From a virus: DNA of 64,000 nt. The notes beneath the pieces were generated by a model. That model was not told where the DNA came from. It worked only from the letters and a program-made list of their open reading frames with translations, and did not search any database. Shown in pieces: positions 19,306 to 28,628 of this stretch. A program made the translations under genes and the position numbers. The number at the start of each line of letters is the position of its first letter. The stretch's first letter is position 1. The stretch lies in the UHGV virus genome UHGV-0170778. The stretch is one strand, 5' to 3'.

Positions 19306-20922
19306 ATGAATTTAAGAAACCGTCTTAATCCAGGAACATTCATAGTACCTATCCCTATTGGAGCTATGATAACACTAACATACAATGAAGATGGAAATTT
19401 GTCTAGATGTATGTTAGGATGTGTTGGCGAAGATGTAGACAAAAGGATTGAGATATCAACTAATTTAGGAAACGACTTTTGTTTGTCTTTGATTAACGCA
19501 GGAACAGTTCCAGCAACAATTCCTTTGAAAGACGAAATTGTAAATGTAACAGGTGTTCTTTCTTTCAAATTAGAATCATTTGAAAATTTGCTTGGCAGTT
19601 TTCTAGACAATCAGAAATTGATTGTAAAGAAATATATTGATACTCCATATAAGTTCACCTTCTATGCTACATCTATGAAATCTACCTCAATGTTCCTTAG
19701 AGGTGGGTACAACATTCAGAATTGGTTGAAACTTTCTAAGTTCAATACACTTCCTAATGGGCTGTGCCCTGTTAATTCTGATCAATTTGGTCTTGATGAA
19801 TTTTTGCATCACATTAAATATCCTTTTGGGAAAGATGATATGATGGCTATTGCTATATTTGATAGCGTAGATAGTATTAAATATTACTGCGAAAATATTC
19901 ATCAATATCGAGTATGTGATTTGAAAGATGTATATGACGATATGGGATACTTATATTGCAATGTATACATGAAAGATGATGATTCAAAAATTGTAAAACG
20001 ACTTCCTTACGACTATTATATATCTAGTAACATTAAGCTGAAATCTAATATATGTATAAGAGATGATGATACATTCTTTGCTTACGGTACGTCTAAATGT
20101 AAAGATAAAGATATTCAGAACGAGGAGATTATAAGATGCAAGTATTGTGGTAATCTGTTCAATGCTGTAACTGAAGGGTGCAGATGTACAAATGAAGATT
20201 GCCCTTCAAGATTGCCTCAACGGATTAAACAATTCATGAATGTGATGCATATTCCTGAAGTAAGCAAATACAATATTCGAGATTTAGTGAATGAAGGATC
20301 ACTTTTATCTTTGCCAGATATATTTACATTAGATGAATATAAATACATAGAAGTCAATACTTCTCTAAAGAAGCTCGTTAGAGCAATTGTTCCAATAGAC
20401 TATATCAGATCTAACAAAGAAATAGATCAGCTTGTAGATTGTTGTCAGAATAACTCAGTTACGTTTTTACATTATCTTAAACATTTAGATAGAGTCGCAT
20501 TTGATTTGAATGTTGTTATGACAGAAGAGATGAATAAACTTATCAAATGGTTAGACAATGATTGCAATTTCTCTGATATTAACACTCTTTTGTCTATACC
20601 AAACATTATTGTAGAAAATTGCTGTAGACGATTTGATGGAGCTCCTATATTTAGAGGACAAACAGTTGTTATCACAGGTACTTTTATTCATGGTAGTCAT
20701 TCAGACATCAATGCAGTTGTAAGTAGCTATGACGCAAAGGTATCTGATAAACTAGATATTTCAAATATTGACAATATAAATTGTGTAGTTGTAGGTAGCT
20801 TAAATAAAAACACAGACAGTACAATTGTTTCTAATGCTAATTCAGCTGGAATTCCAATTTATACAGAGAAAGATTTCTTCCTTAAATATGGAATAGATGA
20901 CGATTTGAAGAACCTTAAATAA
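19306..20922 (+). CDS. protein with LigA-type Zn-finger/HhH/BRCT C-terminal module and unknown N-terminal domain
   Basis: CKYCGNLFNAVTEGCRCTNEDCPSRLPQRIKQF...LVNEGSL..PDIFTL parallels E. coli LigA CPVCGS..EGEAVARCTGGLIC...LKHF...LVEK...PADLFKL. C-terminal GQTVVITG...VVVG...AGIPIYTEKDF parallels the LigA BRCT GKTVVLTG...LVIAG...LGIEVIDEAE. No KxDG adenylation motif found. ATG 19306 with GAGG SD; the track start 19219 overlaps terL. Confidence 0.45.
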   Translation: MNLRNRLNPGTFIVPIPIGAMITLTYNEDGNLSRCMLGCVGEDVDKRIEISTNLGNDFCLSLINAGTVPATIPLKDEIVNVTGVLSFKLESFENLLGSFLDNQKLIVKKYIDTPYKFTFYATSMKSTSMFLRGGYNIQNWLKLSKFNTLPNGLCPVNSDQFGLDEFLHHIKYPFGKDDMMAIAIFDSVDSIKYYCENIHQYRVCDLKDVYDDMGYLYCNVYMKDDDSKIVKRLPYDYYISSNIKLKSNICIRDDDTFFAYGTSKCKDKDIQNEEIIRCKYCGNLFNAVTEGCRCTNEDCPSRLPQRIKQFMNVMHIPEVSKYNIRDLVNEGSLLSLPDIFTLDEYKYIEVNTSLKKLVRAIVPIDYIRSNKEIDQLVDCCQNNSVTFLHYLKHLDRVAFDLNVVMTEEMNKLIKWLDNDCNFSDINTLLSIPNIIVENCCRRFDGAPIFRGQTVVITGTFIHGSHSDINAVVSSYDAKVSDKLDISNIDNINCVVVGSLNKNTDSTIVSNANSAGIPIYTEKDFFLKYGIDDDLKNLK

Positions 20923-20953
20923 GGAAAGAAGAACTAAATGAAAGGAGCAAATT

Positions 20954-22459
20954 TTGGCTAATTGGTTGAAGCGTCTTTTGCCAAATAGACGCAAAAAAGA
21001 ATATGATTTGATGTCTTATTTGAAGTACCTTGCAACAGGGTCATTTTACAAGATGTCAGATGTCAGATCTGAATCTGATGCATTGAATATAAAAAATCAA
21101 ATAGATATAATGAGAGCACTTGCTGCTGATTCTCAAATCAACACAGCTCTTTCTTATTATGCTACAGATGCAACAACTACAAATTCTTCTGGGCAGATAA
21201 TATGGGCTACCTCAGAACGAAAGGAAATAGCAGATGTAATAAATCAACTATTCAAAGCTTGGAATATAAATTCTTATGCTCGTGACCATATACTTGAGCT
21301 AGCAACAATAGGAAATCTGTATATTCCAACAACATTGATGTATAAAGATCATTCATTGAGAATGAGAGAAAGAGTGGTTCTAGATAACAACACTATTCCA
21401 GATTCTGATTTCAATATAATCCCATCTACTAAGATAAGCCCAGATGCTATTCTTCATTTATATTATGAGGGTGAATCTAGAGGGTATATATACAAACCAG
21501 ATTCAGAAAACGAGTGGAATTCAGATATACAGAATCTTCCAGAAGATGCAGTTATTCATTTTTCTTTAGGTGGATTGTTAGGTGATTATACTATCAATTG
21601 TTATGATAAAGATAACAATGAAATAACTTATGATATAATGTTTGCAGAGCCTTTGATGGCCAAAGCAGTTCAGCCTACACAAACATTAAGTCTATTAGAA
21701 GACGCTGTTGTATTATCTTCTCTGTCAAAGACAATTAGGTTCATAAATGTAGACTGTGGAAATAATAACTTAGATGAGACAGAAATAGCACAAACATTGA
21801 CAGACATTAAAAATGCAATTGAGCAGAATATGTCCATCAATACTAATAGTGGCGATGTTCAGAGTTATGTTAATCCTCAAAGTCCAAATAATTTGATCTA
21901 TCTTCCAAAGATTGATGGTGCAGATCCAATAAGTATAACAGATTTGAATATGCAGACAGATCAAGAAGGAGATTCTAAACTATTAGATTATTACATGGAT
22001 AAAAAATTGTCAGTTTTAGGTGTACCTAAAGAGGCAATGAACTTCTCTAGTAATGAAGGTCTTGGTGGCGCTGGTTCTGTTATGTCTCAGAGATCTGCTC
22101 TTTATGCAAACTCTTTGAATCGTCTTATGACAGCATATATGCAAGGATGGACAAATGCGCTAAATACATACTTTATAAACCGTGGTATGTCAGGATTTGT
22201 AGATAACTTTGAATTGCATATGAATCCAATCATAACTCAGCAGTCTACTATTCAATTTGAAAGACGAGATTCTGCACTAAGTCAAGCTCAAGCTGTTGTA
22301 GATCTTTTCAAAGATGCTGGTATTGATAACAGAAAAGAATTAGGAATTGCACTGTCTGAGATATTGTCTGAAGTATTTCCGCAGATGGGGTCGTCTGCTA
22401 CCGGATGGAATATAGATCTAAGCGAAAGCGAGGAGGGTGGACTAAATGACACAGTTTGA
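20954..22459 (+). CDS. putative portal protein (by size and position only)
   Basis: 501 aa ORF downstream of terL in the head-morphogenesis position. No diagnostic motif recognised. Confidence 0.3.
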   Translation: MANWLKRLLPNRRKKEYDLMSYLKYLATGSFYKMSDVRSESDALNIKNQIDIMRALAADSQINTALSYYATDATTTNSSGQIIWATSERKEIADVINQLFKAWNINSYARDHILELATIGNLYIPTTLMYKDHSLRMRERVVLDNNTIPDSDFNIIPSTKISPDAILHLYYEGESRGYIYKPDSENEWNSDIQNLPEDAVIHFSLGGLLGDYTINCYDKDNNEITYDIMFAEPLMAKAVQPTQTLSLLEDAVVLSSLSKTIRFINVDCGNNNLDETEIAQTLTDIKNAIEQNMSINTNSGDVQSYVNPQSPNNLIYLPKIDGADPISITDLNMQTDQEGDSKLLDYYMDKKLSVLGVPKEAMNFSSNEGLGGAGSVMSQRSALYANSLNRLMTAYMQGWTNALNTYFINRGMSGFVDNFELHMNPIITQQSTIQFERRDSALSQAQAVVDLFKDAGIDNRKELGIALSEILSEVFPQMGSSATGWNIDLSESEEGGLNDTV

Positions 22460-22799
22460 TAAAGATGAATGGATGAATACATTCTTCAAAGAATTGAAAA
22501 CATATAATTCAACTAACTTCCGTACTTTATGCAGAGTTGATCTTTTAGAAGGTAGTCCTATTGCACACAAAGCTTTCAGCAGTGTTGTTACTAGATTCTT
22601 CATATTCTGTGAAAAGCATCCAGAGCTTTCAGCTACAGATGTTCGTATGCTTTACTTTGCATTGAGAATTGATATGATATCTAAATACTTTGCAGATTAT
22701 CCAGAATCTGATATGATTCAGCTGCAAGCGTTTCAGAATGAATTGAAGAAGTATGTTAGAGCAACAAGAAAACACACTGAGGTTTCTAATTATGAATAA
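22446..22799 (+). CDS. hypothetical protein
   Basis: 117 aa ORF. Confidence 0.3.
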   Translation: MTQFDKDEWMNTFFKELKTYNSTNFRTLCRVDLLEGSPIAHKAFSSVVTRFFIFCEKHPELSATDVRMLYFALRIDMISKYFADYPESDMIQLQAFQNELKKYVRATRKHTEVSNYE

Positions 22800-23406
22800 A
22801 GAGCTTAGATATGAAATATCAGATTGGCATCAATTAAGCAAATGTCTGTCTAATAACACAACAAAAACACACATAGAAGTGAGTGACATTGTAAACAATT
22901 GTGTATTGACAGGTATTAAAATATCTTTAATTCATGAGGATTTCGGTGCTTTATTTACATGTGTTCTTAATGCAAAAGGAAACATGATTTCAGAAACAGC
23001 TCCGAATATTGTTTATCAATTAGATGCACAAACAATATTAGATGAATTATATAAATACGGATACGTCATAACTTACAAAGCAGGTAAAAGTATATCCACA
23101 AAACAGCTCAATTATTTGATGACATTGAGAAAACTACATTTTGATAAACTAAGAATATTAAGTGTTTATGATGTAGATAGATTCGGGCATAATATACATA
23201 CGCAGTATATTGTTGCTTTCAATTCAAATAAAAACAAATATTGGCTCAATAATGCTTATTCATGTAGTAGAAATGAATTCAGCGAGTCAATATATAACGG
23301 AAGCGCTTGTAATATTTCTGGTATAAGCAAGAAGGAGAATTATGACTGGTCTTGGCTTTATAATTTTGTCGCAAATATTGATGATATTCTTTCTGATAAC
23401 GGATGA
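22792..23406 (+). CDS. hypothetical protein
   Basis: ATG 22792 (MNKELRYEI) is the likely start; the track start is 22753. Confidence 0.3.
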   Translation: MNKELRYEISDWHQLSKCLSNNTTKTHIEVSDIVNNCVLTGIKISLIHEDFGALFTCVLNAKGNMISETAPNIVYQLDAQTILDELYKYGYVITYKAGKSISTKQLNYLMTLRKLHFDKLRILSVYDVDRFGHNIHTQYIVAFNSNKNKYWLNNAYSCSRNEFSESIYNGSACNISGISKKENYDWSWLYNFVANIDDILSDNG

Positions 23407-23421
23407 TACAGGTGAAAACGA

Positions 23422-23967
23422 ATGATTTCTAATTTAATTGGAAAAGACATAGAACAGTATAGAATATATTATGACGAAGCACTTGCAGCTCAAGGAATAC
23501 CTTGTAAGTATCAATATCCTAATTTAGCAGAAACAAACAATCAAGGAGAGTCTGTAGTAGATAGCTATTCTGAGTATATAGATACATTTATATTCTTTGA
23601 TGGTTCTCCTAAGATAAAAACATTCAAAAGATATGGTTGGGTTGTGGAAAACAATTCCGACCTACCTTTTTTGATACATTGCAGTTTTAACTTGCCTGAG
23701 CTACAAAGAGATTGTTTATTTCATGTTTCTGGACAATACACTAACATGCCAGATAGAATATTTAGAGTAACTGAACTTACTTGTGATTTGCAAGCTCCTG
23801 ATCATATGATTGCTCAAGTAGTTCCTGTATATGGAAATGAAAGTAAAGATGTAGTAGGACGAACAGAGAAAGAAATTGAAACTACTTTCAACAAAAGCAA
23901 TCATTTTATAAAACAACCTGTAGATTACAGAGGCGATTACAGAAGTGAGCTTAAAGGAGATAGGTAA
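23422..23967 (+). CDS. hypothetical protein (neck/connector candidate by position)
   Basis: 181 aa, between the portal-like ORF and the sheath. Confidence 0.3.
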   Translation: MISNLIGKDIEQYRIYYDEALAAQGIPCKYQYPNLAETNNQGESVVDSYSEYIDTFIFFDGSPKIKTFKRYGWVVENNSDLPFLIHCSFNLPELQRDCLFHVSGQYTNMPDRIFRVTELTCDLQAPDHMIAQVVPVYGNESKDVVGRTEKEIETTFNKSNHFIKQPVDYRGDYRSELKGDR

Positions 23968-24569
23968 TGTTATATAAGTATGATAATGCAATAGTTGATG
24001 ATTTGAAGAGGAGCTTCAATCCAGAAAATGTACCAAATCCAGTTGTCAGCGTTGTATCTCCGGATCAAATTATTGGACTTGCTGCTCAATTACAGAATGA
24101 TTCTATCAAACTTCCTATTGTTGCATTAACAAGAAACCAAGAACAGATAGATTCAAGCCGTACTAACTTTACATCAATGCACAGAGGTGTAGCTACTGTA
24201 ATTGATAATGAAACAAATGAATTGTATCATGAAAAAGTAATTCCTATCACTTTATCATATAACTTAACTATTATAACTTCCAATACTGCAGATATGGACG
24301 AGATGATAAGAGAATTGATGTTTAAGTATATTAACATGTATTTTCTAACAATCAAACTACCTTATGAATCTAACAGAAAAATAAGATTTGGTGTTTCTCT
24401 TTCAAAGGATAGTGAAATAGATAGGACAAGCGGTGTGAGTGAATATCTAAGTAAAGGAAAACTTTATCAAAGTATACTTACATTGAATTGCGAGGGTGCT
24501 GTTTTAGTTTCATATACTCCAGTCAAGCTAAAAAGATTAGAATATGAAATAGATCCAATATCTAAGTGA
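23967..24569 (+). CDS. hypothetical protein (neck/tail-terminator candidate by position)
   Basis: 200 aa, directly upstream of the sheath. Confidence 0.3.
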   Translation: MLYKYDNAIVDDLKRSFNPENVPNPVVSVVSPDQIIGLAAQLQNDSIKLPIVALTRNQEQIDSSRTNFTSMHRGVATVIDNETNELYHEKVIPITLSYNLTIITSNTADMDEMIRELMFKYINMYFLTIKLPYESNRKIRFGVSLSKDSEIDRTSGVSEYLSKGKLYQSILTLNCEGAVLVSYTPVKLKRLEYEIDPISK

Positions 24570-24606
24570 AATCTAGAACCTTAAATAAAATCAAAGGAGA
24601 TTTAGT

Positions 24607-24834
24607 ATGAGATATTTGAATCTAAACAATTATTCTAGATCCTTTTACGGTGTAGAGTTTCATCCTTATGAAGAACACGATGTACCAGGATACATAAATG
24701 CAGACGGTTTCTTTCGTGTTGCGGATGTATCTAAGGAACCTCCTAAGATAGATAAACAACTTCCTAAAGATGTAACTGTAAAAAAGCTCGAAAAGAGTCA
24801 AACCAAATTAAAATCTAAACAGGAGGAAAAGTAA
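24607..24834 (+). CDS. hypothetical protein
   Basis: 75 aa, Lys-rich C-terminus. Confidence 0.3.
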   Translation: MRYLNLNNYSRSFYGVEFHPYEEHDVPGYINADGFFRVADVSKEPPKIDKQLPKDVTVKKLEKSQTKLKSKQEEK

Positions 24835-26829
24835 ATGGCTAAAATAGTCATAAATGAAATTTCACAAAACTATACATACAACATTGGTTCATCTTCTTTT
24901 GCAACTGTTGCATTTCCGATTACAGCTGCTTGGGGACCTGCTTTTGTTGACGAAGAGACTTCTTTCTTTCAGCCTGCATCAAAGGCAGCTGGAAAAACAA
25001 TAGACGATGCATTAGAAAATACTGCATTTATTAGATTCCCTGCAACTCAAGCAGGTCTAGAGGCATTTGTTTCTACTTATCGTGGACCAGAAACAAATTA
25101 TAGAATGACAAAAGATTATTCTTACTACATTGCAATGACTCTGCTTACTGCAGGATATGATGTTCTGGTGTGTCGTGTTTGCCCAGGAACGAAAGCAGAG
25201 GTTTGGTATGATTCAGATAAGCATTCATCTTCTGCAGTAGCTCCCACAAATGGATTGCATATATCTGCAAAATATCCTGGTAGTTTTGGTAATCAACTTT
25301 CTGTAGTTGTTAAAGAAGTGTCTAAAGGTACTGTATCTGTAACTACTGGAGAAGAAGCTCATCAGAAAACAGAAACTAAAGCTGCTCCTGAGGCCTATTG
25401 GAACTTGATTGTATATGCAGAAGATTCATCAGGTACAAGAACAGCAGTTGAGAATCTCTCATTTGTATGTGACGAAACTGATTCAACAGATACATTGCTT
25501 TATGTAGATGAAGTTTCTTCTTCTTTTATAGATATAACTAAAATAGGCAATATAAATGATGAGTTAATGCAGAGTAAAATGAGCACCATTGAACTGTCTG
25601 GCGGAGATGATTATGCAAAGGTCGATGGTTCAGCTACTTCTTCAACTTTATTAGCTGAAGCTGTAAAATACGCAACATATAGATACACTGCTGCATTAGG
25701 TACAGAGATCGGAGCAAATAGTAAATATGTTAAAGCTCTTACAGCTGTAGATGGGTCTAAGACAGATAAATCTAAAGCAAAAGCAATTCGACACAATGAG
25801 TGGGTATATTGTGCAGCTTACACAGTATATGATTTGTTGACAGACAGATTGTCCTACAATCCAAATAGAATTGTTTCTCCTGGTTGGGATGATCAGTGGT
25901 TTGAGTTTTTCGGAAGTAAAGTAGATGAATCTACTGGAATTACAGAAATTTCTCCTTTACATAAGAAATTGATGTATGTAGGATATTACAGCCGTTGCGG
26001 AACTGCATTGATCGACATCCCTCGTTCAGAGCCTAGAAAATTTGTATATAATGATAAAGTAGGCTCTGAAGGATATGCGCAGATGCTTTCAGCGTCCGGT
26101 ACAGCTACAAATGTAGGCATTGAAGGATCTACAGTAGTTGTAGCAGGACTTACAGACAATCTGTATGATACACATTCTGCTTTGTTTGCTCCTTGGGGAC
26201 AATATAAATACGTAGGAACAGGAAAGCAAAACGCTGCTGCTCCGTCATTCTTAGCATTGATGATCCAGAGAGCAATGATTCTAAATCAGTCACTTCAGTA
26301 TGAATGGGCTTTACCTACAAACAGACAGCATAATCTAAAAATCGGCAAACTTGATTACATTGTTAACAACAAACTTCTAAATGAGTGGCAGTCATTAGAA
26401 GGTGTAGGCGTAAATGTAATCACAGATATTCCAGGTTCAGGTACAACATTATGGGGCAACTCTACTCTATATGATGTTCCACCTGCAACATATCAAGCAC
26501 TTGCAAACCTTTCAACTCGTTATCTAGTAAACGCAGTAGAAGATGTAGCTTTCAGATGTGGTATGCAGATTACATTCCGCTACAATAACCAAGAAGCTTA
26601 CAGTTCATTCTATGCAGGATGTACTCCAATTCTAGACACTATGAAGAATGTAGGTGCAATTGAAGATTATTACATTGAGATGTCTGCTGACATTGATAAA
26701 TTATCTTCAGTCAATGCAAATACAGTTGTAGGTAAAATCTATCTAGTCGTAAACGGCGTAATCAATGATATCTACATCGACCTTATCGCATTGCCACAAG
26801 GTACAGATCTGAGTCAGTATAGAAGCTAA
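24835..26829 (+). CDS. tail sheath protein (T4 gp18-like)
   Basis: 664 aa. N-terminal ITAAWGPAF matches gp18 GKFQWGPAF. C-terminal TLWGNSTLYDVPPATYQALANLSTRYLVNAVEDVAFRCGMQITFRYNNQEAYSSF parallels gp18 VLYGDKTATSVPSPFDRINVRRLFNMLKTNIGRSSKYRLFELNNAFTRSSF. AGGAGG RBS. Confidence 0.8.
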   Translation: MAKIVINEISQNYTYNIGSSSFATVAFPITAAWGPAFVDEETSFFQPASKAAGKTIDDALENTAFIRFPATQAGLEAFVSTYRGPETNYRMTKDYSYYIAMTLLTAGYDVLVCRVCPGTKAEVWYDSDKHSSSAVAPTNGLHISAKYPGSFGNQLSVVVKEVSKGTVSVTTGEEAHQKTETKAAPEAYWNLIVYAEDSSGTRTAVENLSFVCDETDSTDTLLYVDEVSSSFIDITKIGNINDELMQSKMSTIELSGGDDYAKVDGSATSSTLLAEAVKYATYRYTAALGTEIGANSKYVKALTAVDGSKTDKSKAKAIRHNEWVYCAAYTVYDLLTDRLSYNPNRIVSPGWDDQWFEFFGSKVDESTGITEISPLHKKLMYVGYYSRCGTALIDIPRSEPRKFVYNDKVGSEGYAQMLSASGTATNVGIEGSTVVVAGLTDNLYDTHSALFAPWGQYKYVGTGKQNAAAPSFLALMIQRAMILNQSLQYEWALPTNRQHNLKIGKLDYIVNNKLLNEWQSLEGVGVNVITDIPGSGTTLWGNSTLYDVPPATYQALANLSTRYLVNAVEDVAFRCGMQITFRYNNQEAYSSFYAGCTPILDTMKNVGAIEDYYIEMSADIDKLSSVNANTVVGKIYLVVNGVINDIYIDLIALPQGTDLSQYRS

Positions 26830-26834
26830 TTCGT

Positions 26835-26917
26835 TATATATGTTGAAGAGGGACACCGACGGCCATCGTTGCTTTGCTTCCTTGACAAGTTAAGCTAACC
26901 TCTTCAACATACATATA
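26835..26917 (+). other. long imperfect hairpin (16-17 bp stem, ~47-nt GC-richer loop) downstream of the sheath gene
   Basis: ATATATGTTGAAGAGG ... CCTCTTCAACATACATATAT. Possible terminator or structured RNA. Confidence 0.3.
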
Positions 26918-26938
26918 TATTAGATTATAGGAGATATT

Positions 26939-27271
26939 ATGAAAATATACGCAAAGCAAGTAAATTCAGATTATCAACTTTTGTATCAACTTTTCTTAGA
27001 TGCACTAGAAGATAAAGTTCGTTCTTATGGTAAAGACATCTTAGATGATATGTTGTCTCCGATTGATCAGTACAACAATTCATTTATAGTAAAAGATGGA
27101 AGATACATACATGTAATTGAGGTAAAACGAGAAGATGGTAGTAGGTTTATCTTAAAGTACTATAAAGAAGACGAATTGAAATATATTGATTATTACAAGT
27201 CAGCAGAAAAGGCAGCTATTGCATGGTACTCAAAAATTGTGTATCCAGAAATATCTAAAAATAGATATTGA
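26939..27271 (+). CDS. hypothetical protein
   Basis: 110 aa; N-terminus MKIY. Confidence 0.35.
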   Translation: MKIYAKQVNSDYQLLYQLFLDALEDKVRSYGKDILDDMLSPIDQYNNSFIVKDGRYIHVIEVKREDGSRFILKYYKEDELKYIDYYKSAEKAAIAWYSKIVYPEISKNRY

Positions 27272-27300
27272 TATGTGTAGACAATAGAAAGTTATGATAT

Positions 27301-27837
27301 ATGGTAATAAACAAAATATTAACTAAAATAAAAATATATGATGTAAATGAATTTGCTCACAAAGTGTATGAGAATTATGAATATTTTAATAAGCTTTGTA
27401 GACAATTAGCGGATGCTTTAGGGTACATGGTAGATGCTAATATCAGATATTCGGACAGTTCTATTGAATTTATACAAGATGACGCAGGAGGGCACCTAAT
27501 CATTAGTATAAATGTTAAATACATTTCAGGGAACAAATATCTGGAGAATTCCACCTATTATAAAGACACAGAGTGTTATGTGGAAAGGATAGGCGATACT
27601 TTTAAGATAATATTCCCATTTGTAAGAATGAATGTAGTACCTGAAAACATACCTCATAGCCAAATTCGAAACTTTAATTTTTTTGTAAATTATTTTGTAG
27701 AGAGTTTTCTTTATTGCTATTTGGGATATAGTTCTTTTACTTTTGATATCTATGACGCATTAGAATCACGTTATGCAGATATTGATCAAAGACGACGAGA
27801 GATAATTAGTTATAAAAATAGATTTATGGAGGAATAA
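27301..27837 (+). CDS. hypothetical protein
   Basis: 178 aa. Confidence 0.35.
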   Translation: MVINKILTKIKIYDVNEFAHKVYENYEYFNKLCRQLADALGYMVDANIRYSDSSIEFIQDDAGGHLIISINVKYISGNKYLENSTYYKDTECYVERIGDTFKIIFPFVRMNVVPENIPHSQIRNFNFFVNYFVESFLYCYLGYSSFTFDIYDALESRYADIDQRRREIISYKNRFMEE

Positions 27838-27839
27838 AA

Positions 27840-28226
27840 ATGAAAATATATATTAAATGTAATAGTTCTGACTTTAAGATTTCTTATAGAGGAAATTACA
27901 ATCTGGATAACAAGCTAGTAAGTAAAGATAAATTCATAAATGATATGAAGAATTTCTTTGCACGTGTTTTACCTGATTTTGGAATCTATTCTGTTATAAT
28001 CAGCAATGCAAAATTGGATATGAATATAACAGACACAGATGTAAAAGGTTTTAATTTTGAAGAAGATGACAGATTAGGTATTTCGTTCAATATTTCTGCA
28101 AACGGTCAAAAATTGAACGTTTCTACAGAATATGTATATGTTGATGATGAATTTGTAAATGCAGATGATATATATGACAGAACAGATGAAGCTCAAGAGA
28201 TAGGAGAATTATTGTCTGGTGAATAA
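27840..28226 (+). CDS. hypothetical protein
   Basis: 128 aa. The MKIYIKCNSSDFKISY N-terminus resembles ORF 58300 (MKIYVRCSNDVEDY). Confidence 0.35.
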   Translation: MKIYIKCNSSDFKISYRGNYNLDNKLVSKDKFINDMKNFFARVLPDFGIYSVIISNAKLDMNITDTDVKGFNFEEDDRLGISFNISANGQKLNVSTEYVYVDDEFVNADDIYDRTDEAQEIGELLSGE

Positions 28227-28276
28227 ATAAATCAAAAAGAGCTATTGTAGCTAAATAAAATAAAGGATTACGCAAA

Positions 28277-28459
28277 ATGAAAATATATACATCTAGATGG
28301 GTAGATAAACCTGGGGAGATGTTAGATTTAGGTAATAAATTAGCTGATTTATTTGTTACTACTAATATACATGAATATCTCAGTGAAGATGAAATGGATC
28401 AGATAGCAGAAGTTTCAGATATGCTAAAAGATGTTGCTAAGTTGATGAAAGAAAAATAA
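28277..28459 (+). CDS. hypothetical protein
   Basis: 60 aa; N-terminus MKIY. Confidence 0.3.
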   Translation: MKIYTSRWVDKPGEMLDLGNKLADLFVTTNIHEYLSEDEMDQIAEVSDMLKDVAKLMKEK

Positions 28460-28485
28460 TTTAGTGTATATAGCCGAATAGCCCA

Positions 28486-28520
28486 AGCAGCAAGACTTTG
28501 ATCTTGCTGCTGTTTCTATA
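28486..28520 (+). terminator. rho-independent terminator (cassette copy 1)
   Basis: AAGCAGCAAGA-CTTTGA-TCTTGCTGCT stem-loop followed by a T-rich run. Confidence 0.55.
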
Positions 28521-28549
28521 TTAAAACATTAAGAAACTATTAAGATCTA

Positions 28550-28578
28550 TTGAAATTAGGTCAATATTTCGTTATAAT
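28550..28578 (+). promoter_or_regulatory. sigma-A-type promoter TTGAAA-17-TATAAT (cassette copy 1)
   Basis: Exact 17-nt spacing, about 50 nt upstream of ORF 28629. Confidence 0.55.
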
Positions 28579-28628
28579 ATGTATGTGTAAAGTAGATAAA
28601 TTGATACACACAGGGAGAAAAATACAAA

